Below are positions 1-11,560 of a stretch of DNA of 64,000 nucleotides, in pieces. The translations under genes and the position numbers were made by a program. The stretch's first letter is position 1, and each line of letters begins with the position of its first letter. Origin of the DNA: Narcine bancroftii (taxonomy: Eukaryota); contig NC_091470.1 of the NCBI RefSeq assembly GCF_036971445.1, forward strand, positions 357,988,001 to 358,052,000, written 5' to 3'. The notes below the pieces were generated by a model. The model made no database searches, was not told where the DNA came from, and saw only the letters and a program-made list of their open reading frames with translations.

Positions 1-217
1 AAAATCAAGGATCCAGGGTTCAGAGGCCTAGAGTTTGTAGCTTCTTGACCAGCACTGAGGGAATAATGGTATTAAGGCTGAGCTGTAGTGATGAAGAGCA
101 GCCGTATGGATGAGCTGCTGTTATCGAAGTGATCCAGAGCTGAGCGGAGAGCCAGTCATATATTTGCTGTGGAGAAATTGTGATGATAGGCGAATTGCTA
201 GAATTCTTGTTTTAGAC

Positions 218-602
218 CAGTGGTTTTCAACCTTTTTCTTTCCACTCACATACCTCCTTAAGTAATCCCTATGCCATAGGTGCTCTGTGATTAGTAAGGG
301 ATTACTTAAAATCATATGTGAGTGGAAAAAATTAGTTTGAAAACACTATTTTAATCGTACCTCATTGACTCGTTATGTGCATGGTTTCATAACTTCAAAG
401 GAAATGGGCCAATGACATTTTTTCTCAAGCAAAATATTTCAGTAACAATGCGGTCTAAAGCAGTGGTTTTAACCATTTCCCCCCCCCCCCACCCCCACTC
501 ACATATCACTTTAAGCTATCCCTTACTAATCACAGAGAACCTATGGCATAGGGATTATTTAAAGTGGTTTGTGAGTGGAAAGAAAAGAAATTGAAACCAC
601 TG
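218..602. mobile_element. hAT (Charlie-like) composite MITE, copy 1
   Basis: Termini CAGTGGTTTTCAA...TTGAAACCACTG; degenerate 8-bp TSD ttttagac/ttctagtc; second copy at 20117-20473. Confidence 0.85.
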
Positions 603-609
603 TTCTAGT

Positions 610-1790
610 CTCTTCTACTCTGAGCAAAGTAGTCAATGAAAACTCATCCTACCTTGATGTTGGATGCTTTCTTGAGGCAGTGGCTCACATGGATATCTGC
701 AATGGTTGAGAGTTTGGAGCCTGTGATAGACCTGACTACGTTTGTTACATTCTGCAGCTTTCTGTGTTCCCGGGCAGTTGAATTACCAAACGAGGCTGTG
801 ATGCAATCATCGGTATACTTTTCACAGTGTGCCTGACAGAGTATTTGATGGCCAGCCAAATTTTCTTCAATTTCTTGGAAAGTAGAGGCAATGGTGTGCC
901 TTCTTCAGGATTGCATCCGTGTGTTGGCACCAGGACAGGTCTTCTGAAAATATGGACTCCCTCATTCTCACCCACTCCCCCTCCATCCCATCAATGCAGA
1001 CAAGGGCATGGTGTCTTGGTCTCTCCTTCCGAAATTCAACAATAAGCTCCTTGGTTTTGGTGACGTTGAGTGCAAGATGGTTGAGCGCAAGATTCTCAAT
1101 CTCCATTCTATATTCTGATATCATTTCTAGTTATTCAGCCAACAACAATGGTGTCATCACTGAATTTGTAAAATGAGTTGGAGCCAAACCTGTCAACCCA
1201 GTCGTGGGTGTACAGGGAGTAGAGCCGGGGACTAATCACACAGCTTTGAGATGCCCCCATGCGGAGGAGATGATATCGCTGATCTGCACTAATTGATGTC
1301 TGCCGATGAAGTCAAAGATCTAGTTGCGGGGAGAAATGGTCCACGTCCTTTAGCTTAGTCATGAGTTTTGCTCTTACAATGGTGTTGAATGTTGAGCTGT
1401 AATCAATGAACTAAAACCCGATGTAGGTTCTTGTGGTCTAGGTGATCTAACACAGAGTGGAGGAGCAGCAAGATGATCTGTTATGGCAAAAGGTGAGTTG
1501 AAGTGGATCCTTCCCGAGACATTGTTAATCTGCTACAGAACCAACCTCCTGAAGCACTTCATCGGAGTAGACATCATGGTCAATGGCCGATAGTCATTAA
1601 GGCATGTCACCTGACTCTTCTTGGGTATGGGAATGATGGATGGCCTGACAAAGCAGGTGGAGACCTCTGACCATTGTACTGAGAGGTTGAACATGTCTGC
1701 ACAAACTCCAGCCAGTTGGTTCACTCAGGTTTTAAGGATACAGCAAGGTACACTGCCTGGGCCAGACACTTTCTGAGGATTCACTGGGGA
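610..1790 (-). mobile_element. Rex1/Babar LINE RT remnant (a further fragment lies at 1-200)
   Basis: Translations CLNDYRPLTMMSTPMKCFRRLV, LALNVTKTKELIVEFRK, ISEDLSW-like and CLKKASNIK; frameshifted; boundaries approximate. Confidence 0.85.
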
Positions 1791-1884
1791 ATGCGAGGGT
1801 TCATGAGTGTTCTTCCTTTTTTTCCCTTTCAAAGAGAATGTAGAAGGATCCTCCGGAAGAGATGCATTGCAATTGATTATAGGC

Positions 1885-3545
1885 TGGTGAGCTTCATGTA
1901 AGTAGTAGGTGGATTATTGGAAGGAGTTCTGAGAGACAGGATATGTAGGTATTTGGACAGCCATGGACTGATTAAGGTCAGTCAGCATGGCTTTGTATGT
2001 GGTTGGTCATGTTTAATGAATCTTGTAGAGATTTTCTGAGGATGTTACCAAAAAGGCAGATGAGGGAAAGGCTGTGGATATTGTCTATATGGACTTTAGT
2101 AAGGCTTTCGACAAGGTCCCACATGGGAGATTAGTTCAGAAGGTTAAGACACTGTGTGTCCATGGAGAGATTATAAACTGGATTTGAAATTGCTGTGTGG
2201 AGAAAATAAGAGAGTGGTAGTAGATAGTTGCTTCTCAGACTGGAGGCCTGTGACTAGTGGTGTGCCTCAGGGATCTGGGTTGGGACCATTATTGCTTGTT
2301 GTCTATAATCAATGATCTGGATGATAATGTGGTAAATTGGATCAGCAAGTTTGATAGGAGGCATTATGAACAGCGAAGAAGATTTTCAAAGCTTGTAGAG
2401 GGATTTCGACCAACTGGAAGAATGGACCAAAAAATGGCAGATGGGGTTTAATGTAGACACATGTGAGATGTTGCATTTTGGAAGGGAAAACCAAGGTAGG
2501 ACATACACAGTAAATGTTAGGGCACTGAGGAGTGCAGAGAACAAAGGGATCTGGGAATAATAGATACAAAATTTTCTGAACGTGGCATCATAGGTAGACA
2601 GGATTGCAAAGAAAGCTTTTGGCATCTTGGCCTTCATAAATCAAAATATTAAGTAGAGGAGTTGGGATGTTGTTTTTTTTCTTCTTCAGTATTCACTAAG
2701 GAAAAGAATATTGAGCCAGATGAAGTGAAGAAATATGCTAGGGAGCTCATGGATAATATAAGGATTAATGAGGAGGTAGTGTTGGCTATATTGTAAAAAA
2801 TCAAGGGGGATAAATCTCCAGGTCCTGACAAAATATTCCCTCGGACCTTGAGGGATGTTAGTGGGGGCGTTGACAGAAATATTTAAAATGTCACTGGCCA
2901 GGGGGGAAATGCCGGAGAAATGGAAGGTCACTCATGTTCCTCTGTTCAAAAAAGGATCCAAAAGTAGACTGGGTAATTATAGGCCTGCATGTCTGACATC
3001 AGTGGTGGGTAAATTAATGGAAAGCGTTCTTAGAGATGGTATATAGAACTATTTGGAAAGTCATGGATTGATTCAGAGTCGTCAGCATTGTTTTGTATGT
3101 GGTAGATCATCTCTAACCAAACTTACAGAGTTTTTTGAGGAGGTTACTAAAAGGGCTGATATGGGGAGGGTGGAGAATGTTGTTTAGGGAGATTTGATAG
3201 AGATTTTCAAGATTATGAAAGGTTTAGACAGAATGGAAGCGGGTAAGCTTTTTCCACAGATTGTAGCAGATAAATTCAAGAAGTCATAGTTTTAAGCTGA
3301 AAGGGGAAAGGTTTAGGGAGAACATTAGGGGAAACTTCTTCAATCAGTGGTCGGAATATGCCATCTGATGTGGGCATGATCTTAAATTTTAAGAATAGAT
3401 TGGATAAATACATGGATAGGAGAGGTCTGGATATTTATGGAATGGGAGCAGGTCAATGGGACTTGCGGAATGTTGGTTAGCACAGACTAGAATGGCTGAA
3501 TGGCCTGTTTTCTGTGTTGTGGCATTCTATGGTTCTATGATGGTA
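1885..3545 (+). mobile_element. CR1 LINE remnants (two joined ORF2 fragments, second ending in an (ATGGTTCT)n-type tail)
   Basis: YMDFSKAFDKVPH, GVPQGS, NYRPACLTSVVGKLME motifs; tail near 3525-3545. Confidence 0.88.
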
Positions 3546-3679
3546 CTGCCTTTAAGTTATAGGATCTAATGGAATGCAAAGCCTGGCACAGGTGTTGGGC
3601 ATCTGTTTGAGATTCTAACTTGGTCTGGGATTTTATCCTGGCTGAAGATAGCCTTCCACAAGTTGTACTGGTCACTGAA

Positions 3680-4073
3680 CACTCTTGAAGAGTTCTACAG
3701 GTGTATCGTGGATAGCATTTGGGCTGGTTGCATCACTGTCTGGTATGGAGTTGCCAATGCTCAGTACAAGAAAAATACTCCAGAATGTTGTTAACTTGGC
3801 CTGCGTCATCATGGGCATCAGACTTCTCTCCATCGCGTACATCTACAAGACACAGCCTCTGTCCTTAAGGACCCTCACCACCCAGGCCATACCCTCTTCA
3901 CTCTGCTACCCTCACGAAAAAGGTACAGGAGCAGAAAGTCGCGTTTTGTGCACTATTTTTAATTTACTTTTATAAAGTGGTTTAAATGAATGTTTGCACT
4001 GTGAAGCTGCCACAAAACAACGATTTTCATGGCTCGTTCATGATGATAAATTCTGATTCTAATTCTGATTCTG
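3680..4073 (+). mobile_element. Rex1/Babar LINE 3' end
   Basis: KDPHHPGH...LLP region; AATAAA-like signal and (ATTCTG)n tail at about 4049-4073. Confidence 0.8.
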
Positions 4074-4606
4074 TCCACCTCTGAATATCCTGATTTAAAC
4101 ACTATAGCTTATGGAACCTGGTTCATTCAAGGCTTTTGAATTGGATGCATCCAGATAGTCCTGGTAGGAAAACACTCGTCCAGGCATTTTAAAAAAAAAG
4201 TCGGTGACCCCTGGGGCACAACCATTCAGATCCGCTGCGGACCCCTTGAATGTTGCCCATTTCACCGACGTTCAGGGTACAGTGCAGGAAAATTGTGTGG
4301 AGGTGGAAGATCACCTGTGAATTTGATAAATGTGCAACAGGTTCAGAGGTTGTGATAGCACCGTCCCCGCTCTTTCTTACGCTCAAGATGGATGGTTTGA
4401 ACAATTGGCACCACAAATTTAAGGGACGTGTCAATAGCTGACTAAATAAAGTGGGAGCTATGCCTCGAAAGAGGTCATAAAGATATGAATACAACCTCGA
4501 GGAAATATCTGATCATAACTTCACTAAATTTTGCTTTCACAGTTACTCACTTATTGTTAAATATTCATGCACATAAAGCATAAACTTTTTAATGAGGTAT
4601 ACTTAC

Positions 4607-4686
4607 TTGTGTAAAACTGTTTCACAGGCTTTGTGTCAGAATCGCTCGGAGCTCTGACATAATTTGGAAATATATTTAAAATTTTT
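4607..4686 (-). CDS. PIEZO2: PIEZO2 exon 13 (80 nt), cap domain: KILNIFPNYVRAPSDSDTKPVKQFYT
   Basis: Acceptor tttttcAG, donor A/GTaagt; phase 2-1; matches the PIEZO2 PxYVxAPSDS...KP motif. Confidence 0.92.
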
Positions 4687-4744
4687 CTGAAAAATAACAT
4701 ATTTTATCACAATATAATCATGTCTAAGTATAAGAAAAAGATGC

Positions 4745-6765
4745 TTAGAACCATAGAACACTGTAGCACAGAAACAGGCCCTTCAGAACAGTTCCCTCCA
4801 AGCTGTGCTTGTGCACGCATGCGCTCACTCGTTTTGCAGCCCGCGCACAAAGGAAATTAATGTGCGCACAAGGCATTAGTTACCTAAAATAATGTAGTCA
4901 TTAATAATTATTCTCTTAGCTGTTTCTGTGAATTAGTTAGTCATTAAACCAGTAGTCAATCATACTTGTATTCTATTAAAATATGCCAACGTAGTTTTAT
5001 TAGCCAGGAGATCTAGGCCATGCCAAGATTATCCTGAAACAATTTCAAGTTTACATTTGCAGAAGCATTCAGGACGCACATAGTTTTGTCACAGGAGAAA
5101 AATTTGCACAACGTAAGATTTTTGCGTGTACTGACGACTGAAGATCAGGGGAACACTGCCCATCTAGTCTGGGCTGTTCCATTCTGCCTCGTTCCATTGA
5201 CCTGCACCCAGACGCTAACCCTCCATACCCATCCCATGCATATAGCGATCCAAATTTCTCTTAAATATTGAAATCAAACCCATATTCACCACTTCCGCTG
5301 GCAGCTCATTCCACCCTCTCTGTGAAGAGGTTCCCCAACGTTCCCTTTAAAGTTTTCAGTGGAAAAAGCCTGCTTATATTTACCCTATCTCTACCCCTCA
5401 TCATTTTGTATACCTCTATCAAACCTCTGATGCACCAGAGATTAAAATCAAAACCTACTTAACCTTTCCCTTTAACTCAGCTCTTCAAGCCTCATCAACA
5501 TTCATGTATATTTTCTCTGCACTCTTTCAATCTTATTGATATCTTGTAGTTAGGTGACCAAAACTGTGCACAATTCTCCAAATCTGACTTCACCATGACA
5601 TTCCTATTCCAGTACTCAATACTTTGGATTACGAAGGCTAACATGCTAAAAATATTTCTTTATGAGATCACCCCTCATCCTTCTGCCCTCCAAGGGATAA
5701 AGCCCATACCTGTTCAACCTCTCAGACCTCTGAGTCTGGCACCCTCCCTGTAGATCTTCTTTGCTTGCCCTCCAGCTCGACAACATCTTTCCTGCAGCAC
5801 AATTACCAAAACTGAACGCAACGCTCCAAATGGGGCCTCACCAATAACCTATACAACTGCAACATGACCTTCCAGTTTTGATACTCAGTACTCTAAGTGA
5901 TGAAGGTCAATATTTCAAAAGCCTTTTTGACCACCCTATTTACCTGTGACACCACTGTCACGGTACTATGTAATTGTACATCTGGATCCCTCTGCTTCAC
6001 AACGCTCCCTATTCACTCCCCTTGTTAGATCTCCCAAAGCTCAGCATTAAGTTCCATCAATCATTCCTCTTCCCACCTGCTCACCGATCAAGATCTTGCT
6101 GCAATCTTTGGCAACTGTCTTCACTGTCTACAGACACTTCATGTCATTCACAAACTTGCTCATCACCCTCTGAATGTTTTCATTTAAATCACTGATATAG
6201 CTGACAAACAGCGATGGGCCCAGCCTCGAACCCTGTGATGCACCACAGGCCTCCTGTCTGCAAACAATCTTGCACCATCTCCTTCTGCTTTCTTCCATGA
6301 AGTAAATTTTCTCTCCATTCACCTCTCTCACCTTCCAATGTGATCTAAACTTCTGGAGCAGCCCTGCTGTGTGGAACCTGATCGAATGCCTTGTTGAAAT
6401 CCACATGTATAATTGATATATTTGCTTTTGTCAATCTTCTTGGTCACATCAAAAAACTCAATCCGATTTGTGAGACCTGACTTCCCACTTACAAAATCAT
6501 GCTGACTATCGTTAATCAGCTCTTATCCATCCAAGTTCACGTGTATCTTCTCCCTCAGAATATTCTCTAGTAACTCACCAACCATAGATGTTAGACTCAC
6601 TGACCTGTAGTTCCCTGGCTTTTTCCTGCAGCCCTTTTTGAATAGAGGCACAATATTTGCCACCCTCCTGCCTTCAACCTCACCTGTACTTAATGACGAC
6701 TTAAATATCTCAACCAGGGCACCTCTGATTTCCTCCCCAATGTCTTTGGATATATCTGATCTTCC
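4745..6765 (-). mobile_element. CR1 LINE remnants (at least two), 3' tail interrupted by a hAT MITE
   Basis: CR1 3' UTR and (AGAACCAT) tail at 4745; RT region QGSRLGPSLFVSYISDL at 6128-6406. Confidence 0.8.
4789..5158. mobile_element. hAT-Ac-like non-autonomous DNA transposon
   Basis: Termini CAG(TG)TTCCCT... and ...GGGGAACACTG with GCGCAC-type subterminal repeats; splits a CR1 3' UTR (GGCCCTTCAG | CCCATCTAGTC). Confidence 0.7.
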
Positions 6766-6908
6766 TTCCTTCCTGTGATATCCTTAACCAGAGAAGGGTG
6801 AGTTTGCTAAAGGAAATGGGCAGGTCGTTCACTTAACTGACTTCAAAGTAAAGAGAGACCTACATTCCCTAGCTTTTAGAAAAATGAAATCAAATCTAAA
6901 TGCAATTG

Positions 6909-7220
6909 CACAGGTGGCATTTTTAGCCTAGCAGTTAGTCCAATGTTGTTACAGTGGCAGTGACCCAGGTTCGAATCTGGTGCTGTCTGTAAGGTGTTTG
7001 TACATTCTCCCCTTGTCTGCAAGGGTTTCCTCCCACCGTTCAAAAAGGTACTAGGGTTGTAGGTCAATTCGGTGCAATTAGGTGACAGGGACCTATAGGC
7101 TGAAAGGGCCTGTTACCATGCTGTGTGTCTAAAATTTTAAAAAAGGATCATGTACGTTATCGCAAATATTGCAGATGTTACAAGGATAAAGGTGTTAGCA
7201 ATAAACATAGAAAAATGTTT
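6909..7220 (+). repeat. tRNA-derived V-SINE plus ~80 bp unique 3' flank; arm 1 of an inverted duplication
   Basis: B box GGTTCGAATC and V-domain TTCTCCCC..GGGTTTCC; reverse complement of 8902-9203. Confidence 0.92.
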
Positions 7221-7599
7221 GAAAATCTCATTAGATCAGGCAGCACCTGTGGAGAGAGAAACCAAAAATGATTTGGGATTGCAACCCTTTATCAGAAAGT
7301 TGCTGGCAAGATGACACAAAGGGATATGTATCAGCGAAATGAGAGAGAAAGAAATTGGAGGATGGGATTAATACAGGCGGGTGTGGACATAATCAGCCAA
7401 ATGGCCCAATTCCATGACATAATGAGGGGGAAGGAAGAATGAGAAATCAAATTATTATTTCAATGAAATGAAACAGCAAGATGTCGCAGCACAAAGAGTT
7501 TCTGGGCACATGAAACACAGGAGATTATGTGGACGGCATAGCGGGTTCTTGAGTAAGATGACAAAATGATGGCCTTTCTTGCAAGGGGTATGAAGTTAG

Positions 7600-8480
7600 T
7601 GGCACAGTTGGCATAGCGGTTAGCACAACACCTTTACAGCACCCATGATCGGGACAGGGGTTCGAATCCCACACTGCCTGTAAGGAGTTTGAATGTTCTC
7701 CCAATGTCTAGGTGAGACAGTACCTAGAGCATTGCATACAGCTTTGGTCCCCATAGTTAAGGAATAATACATGTGTATTGGAGGAAAGGTTCACTGGTTG
7801 AGTCCTAAATCAAAGTAGTTGAGATAAGGTTGAATAGATTGGGAAATGCTCCTTAGACTAGAAGAGAGCGAGAGAAGTAAGGGATATAGCCTCAAGACTT
7901 GGTGAGTAGACTTAGGTCAGAGGTGAGGAGGAACGGCTTTTCCCAGAGAGTAGTGAATCTCTGGAATTCTTCCTCTACCCAAGGAAGCAGTGGCAGTTAC
8001 CTCATTAGATATATTTCAGACTGAGTGAGATAGGTGGATAAATCAAGGATAATGGAGAAAAGGCAAGTAGGTGGAACCGAGTCCACGGCCAGATCAGTCG
8101 CGATGTTATTGAATGACAGAACAGGCTCGACCAGCCAGACGGCTGACTCCTGATCCTATTTCTTTTGAGCGGATCTTATTTAAATATATGGTTCTTTTTC
8201 GGGTGGGTAGTCTGACAGGGTGGGTATTGAGAAGATGTGGTTATAGAGACGACGGCGTCAGAATAGGGAATCTCCATTAAGATGGAGATTAGGACAGATT
8301 TCTTCTCAGAATTTCATGATAATTTTGTAATTATACAGAAAACTACGGAAGTCCATGTGGAAAATGACACATATTTAAACTCCAATGGAATCAAAAGGCA
8401 TGAGATGAGAGCGGGAAAATGATACTGGAGCCACAGTTAGATCTTCCATGATAATGAAAGCCAGAGCAGAGTTGAAGGGC
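7600..8480 (+). mobile_element. V-SINE 5' part followed by CR1 3' fragments
   Basis: GTGGCACAGTTGGCATAGCGGTTAGC...GGTTCGAATCCC at 7600-7710; FSQRVVNLWNSLP-type CR1 end at about 7930-8165. Confidence 0.7.
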
Positions 8481-8655
8481 AAATTTTGTAAAACATCACA
8501 GATACTGAATTAGCCAAAAGCTCAAACGTCAGTACCGCACAACAAAAATACAATTGTCATTAATGAGAGTTCAACTTTTCCATTTTACACTTAAGAAAAA
8601 GACACCAATCCTGATATATGATGAAGTAGTAACAAACTAAAGTGATTTAACTTAC

Positions 8656-8772
8656 ACAGGTTTGACTTCTTTTCCTTCCATTAATGCAGCTAGCTCAGTT
8701 TTGGTCTTTCGTGGAACGGGAAACGATAATTTATTTGAAGCAATCTCTGATTTTCCACCAAGAGTGACATTC
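8656..8772 (-). CDS. PIEZO2: PIEZO2 exon 12 (117 nt), cap domain: NVTLGGKSEIASNKLSFPVPRKTKTELAALMEGKEVKPV
   Basis: Acceptor tgtttgcAG, donor GT/GTaagt; phase 2-2. Confidence 0.92.
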
Positions 8773-8901
8773 CTGCAAACAGAAAGCATAGATGGAACAT
8801 TACAGCACAGTCCAGGCCATTCAGCCCACAATGTTGTGCCAACCTTCATATACTTTCCTAAAAACTAAACCCTCCCTCCCATATAATTCTCTATTTTTCT
8901 T

Positions 8902-9203
8902 AAACATTTTTCTATGTTTATTGCTAACACCTCTATCCTTGTATCATCTGCAATATTTGCGATAACGTACATGATCCTTTTTAAAAATTTTAGACACACA
9001 GCATGGTAACAGGCCCTTTCGGCCTTCAAGTCCATGTCACCCAATTGACCTACAACCCTAGTACCTTTATGAACGGTGGGAGGAAACCCATGCAGACAAG
9101 GGGAGAATGTACAAACACCTTACAGACAGCACCAGATTCGAACCTGGGTCACTCCCACTGTAACAACATTGCACTAACCGCTAGGCTAAAAATGCCACCT
9201 GTG
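8902..9203 (-). repeat. Arm 2 of the inverted duplication, embedded in a CR1 3' fragment (8790-9450, minus)
   Basis: About 14 substitutions plus one 10-nt indel versus 6909-7220 (hand count); shares the non-SINE flank. Confidence 0.92.
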
Positions 9204-11278
9204 AATCTCTTAAATTCCCCTTTTGTACCAGCCTCATCCATCACCCCTGGCAAGGCATTCCAGGAACCCACAACTCTCTTTGTTAAAAATTTACGCCCGA
9301 TATCTCCCCTAAACTTCCCTCCCTTCACTTTGTACAGATGTCCTCAGGTGTTTGCTCCTCCTGCCATGGAAAAAAGGCAATGACTGTCTACCTTCTCTAT
9401 GCCTCTCATAATCTTCTAGACCTATATAAAGTCACCTCTCATCTTTCAGATGTTGATAATGTACGATCTGAGCAGTATAAGTTGTCCAAGATTTTCCCGG
9501 CATAGGTTCAGATGGTGAATTTTTCTTACGGGAGCTTAAAAATGTTTCACAAAGCTATACAGAAGGAGTTAATAGGTGGATGCAAAGAACCATCAATCAT
9601 GATGTCCAGCAGATGTGACATCACGTGCAAAATAGAACATATGCAGGATATTGAATAGATCAAGGCCAATCTTTTATCTCTGTCCTATGTTACTGTATCA
9701 GCTTCACTTTATCGATCTTTGTATTGAAAGAGCTTCATCTTTGGAAGGAGAATTTCAAAGATTCAGGACGTTTTGGGTGAAGAAATCTGTTCTCACCTCT
9801 GTCCTAAATGGCCACCGCTAATAGTGAGTCTGGACTCTTAGTTCGAGATTTCTCAACCGAGGAAAATCCCAATGTATCCAATTAACCATGTCTTTGAGGA
9901 GGAGGGGTGGACACTGGAGCATCCAGAGGAAATCCACATGATCAAAGAGAGAATGAAAAACCCACCAAGACAACGTCCAAGATTAAGTCACCACCACTGG
10001 GAGGAAAAAGCTGCACTTTCAGGAATGTACCTGTGGCTTCTGGCCCACAGCCAGAACTCTCGGAAGTGGGTCTAATGAGCTGCCCATGACTGATGTGGAT
10101 TTCCGTTTCCTCCTCTCCTGGATATTGTTAGTGCTTTCTGCAGGTTTTATGAGCATGGAGGAATCTTTCATGATGAACTCATTAAGAAGTAAATACAGGC
10201 CAGGTGTAAAACAGGCATCCAATCCTACATCAGAGAAAAAAAAGGCCCTTCAGCCCATCTAGACCATGCCAAATTATTATTCTACCTAGTCCCATTGACC
10301 TGCATCTGGACCATTGCCTTCTATGCCCTCCTATCAATGTATACATCCAATCTTCTCTTGAATGTCAAAATTGAACCTAAAATCCACCATCTCTGCTGGT
10401 GACTCGTTCCACACTCTCACTACCCTCTGGGTAAAGATGTTCCCTCTGATGTTCCCCTTTCACCCTCTTTTTCAGTGAGTGCTTTAAATTTATCTAACCT
10501 TCTTTGTATCTGAACTTGCATCATGCAATATTCCTACTTCCTTGCATGATGAATGGATGGGAAAATTGATGCATTTCTTATATATGCAGATCAATTAAAT
10601 GCATTCAGCTGGAACATGAAATTGACACAAGGTAAGCTGAAGCTAAAACTTTACCTAAAAGGTGAAGTGCTTACAGTAAATTAAACATTAAAATATTACA
10701 GCACTGTACAGGCCCTTCGGCCCTCCATGTTGTGCTGAACCGTATAAAAATGTTAAACTCTCCCTACTCTTTAACCCCCCTCCTTTCATCCATGTGCCTA
10801 TCTAATAGTCTTTTAAAGGCCCCTAACGTTTCAGCCTCTACCACCACTCCTGGCAAGGCATTCCAGGCCTCAAAAACTTTCTGTGTAAAAAAAAAAAGTA
10901 CCCCTGATGTCTCCCTTATACTTCCCTCCCTTAATTATATACATGGTTGTTATTCCCACCCTAGGAAACAGAAATTGGCTGTCCAATCTATCTATGCCTT
11001 CTATAATGTTGTAGACCTCAATAAAATCCCCACTTATCCTTCTTTGCTCCAAAGAGAAAAGTCCCAGCTTTGCCAACCTTGCCCCATAAGACATTCCCTT
11101 CCATCCAGGCAACATCCTGGTAAATCTCCTCTGCACCCTTTCCATAGCCTCTACATCTTTTCTATAATGAGGCGAACAGAACTGGACACAATACTCCAAA
11201 TGTGGTGTCACCAGAGACTTATAAAGCTGCAACCTGACTTCTCTACTCATACCAAAACCCCCTATTAATGAAGCCCAG

Positions 11279-11493
11279 TGTAGAGCACGTTTGTTGATCC
11301 AAACCAAGGCTTTTATTAACTAAAAGACTGGAGCATATCACAAGTAGGTAGACCAGTCCAGAATGACCTGGTCTGGCTAGGAGAAATCCTTTAAGACCTG
11401 CCAGTAGGTGTGGCTACACTCTCAGCCAATCACAGTAATCCTATACTATAATCTGTACATAGACACATTGGTGATAGAATCTCTACTATCACA
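11279..11493 (-). mobile_element. Solo LTR (215 bp)
   Basis: TG...CA termini, AATAAAA on minus strand, 5-bp TSD cccag/accag; interrupts a CR1 ORF cleanly. Confidence 0.8.
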
Positions 11494-11560
11494 ACCAGAA
11501 TCCCATAGGTTTTTTAAATTATCCTATCAACCTGAGCAACTACCTTAAGGGATGTATGGA

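Noticed and set aside
4189-4494. 101-aa minus-strand ORF next to the last PIEZO2 exon as the following exon
   Set aside because: No resemblance to the expected next segment (EWW...FNDKVSPPSLGF) and no convincing splice signals.
1-4606. PIEZO2 truncation or pseudogenisation because inner-helix exons are missing
   Set aside because: Introns here are often 4-9 kb, so the remaining exons probably lie beyond the window edge; all 13 exons seen are intact.
7600-7710. tRNA genes suggested by GGTTCGAATCCC boxes here and elsewhere
   Set aside because: Each continues into the V-SINE core and CR1-like tail and lacks a complete cloverleaf; these are SINE heads.
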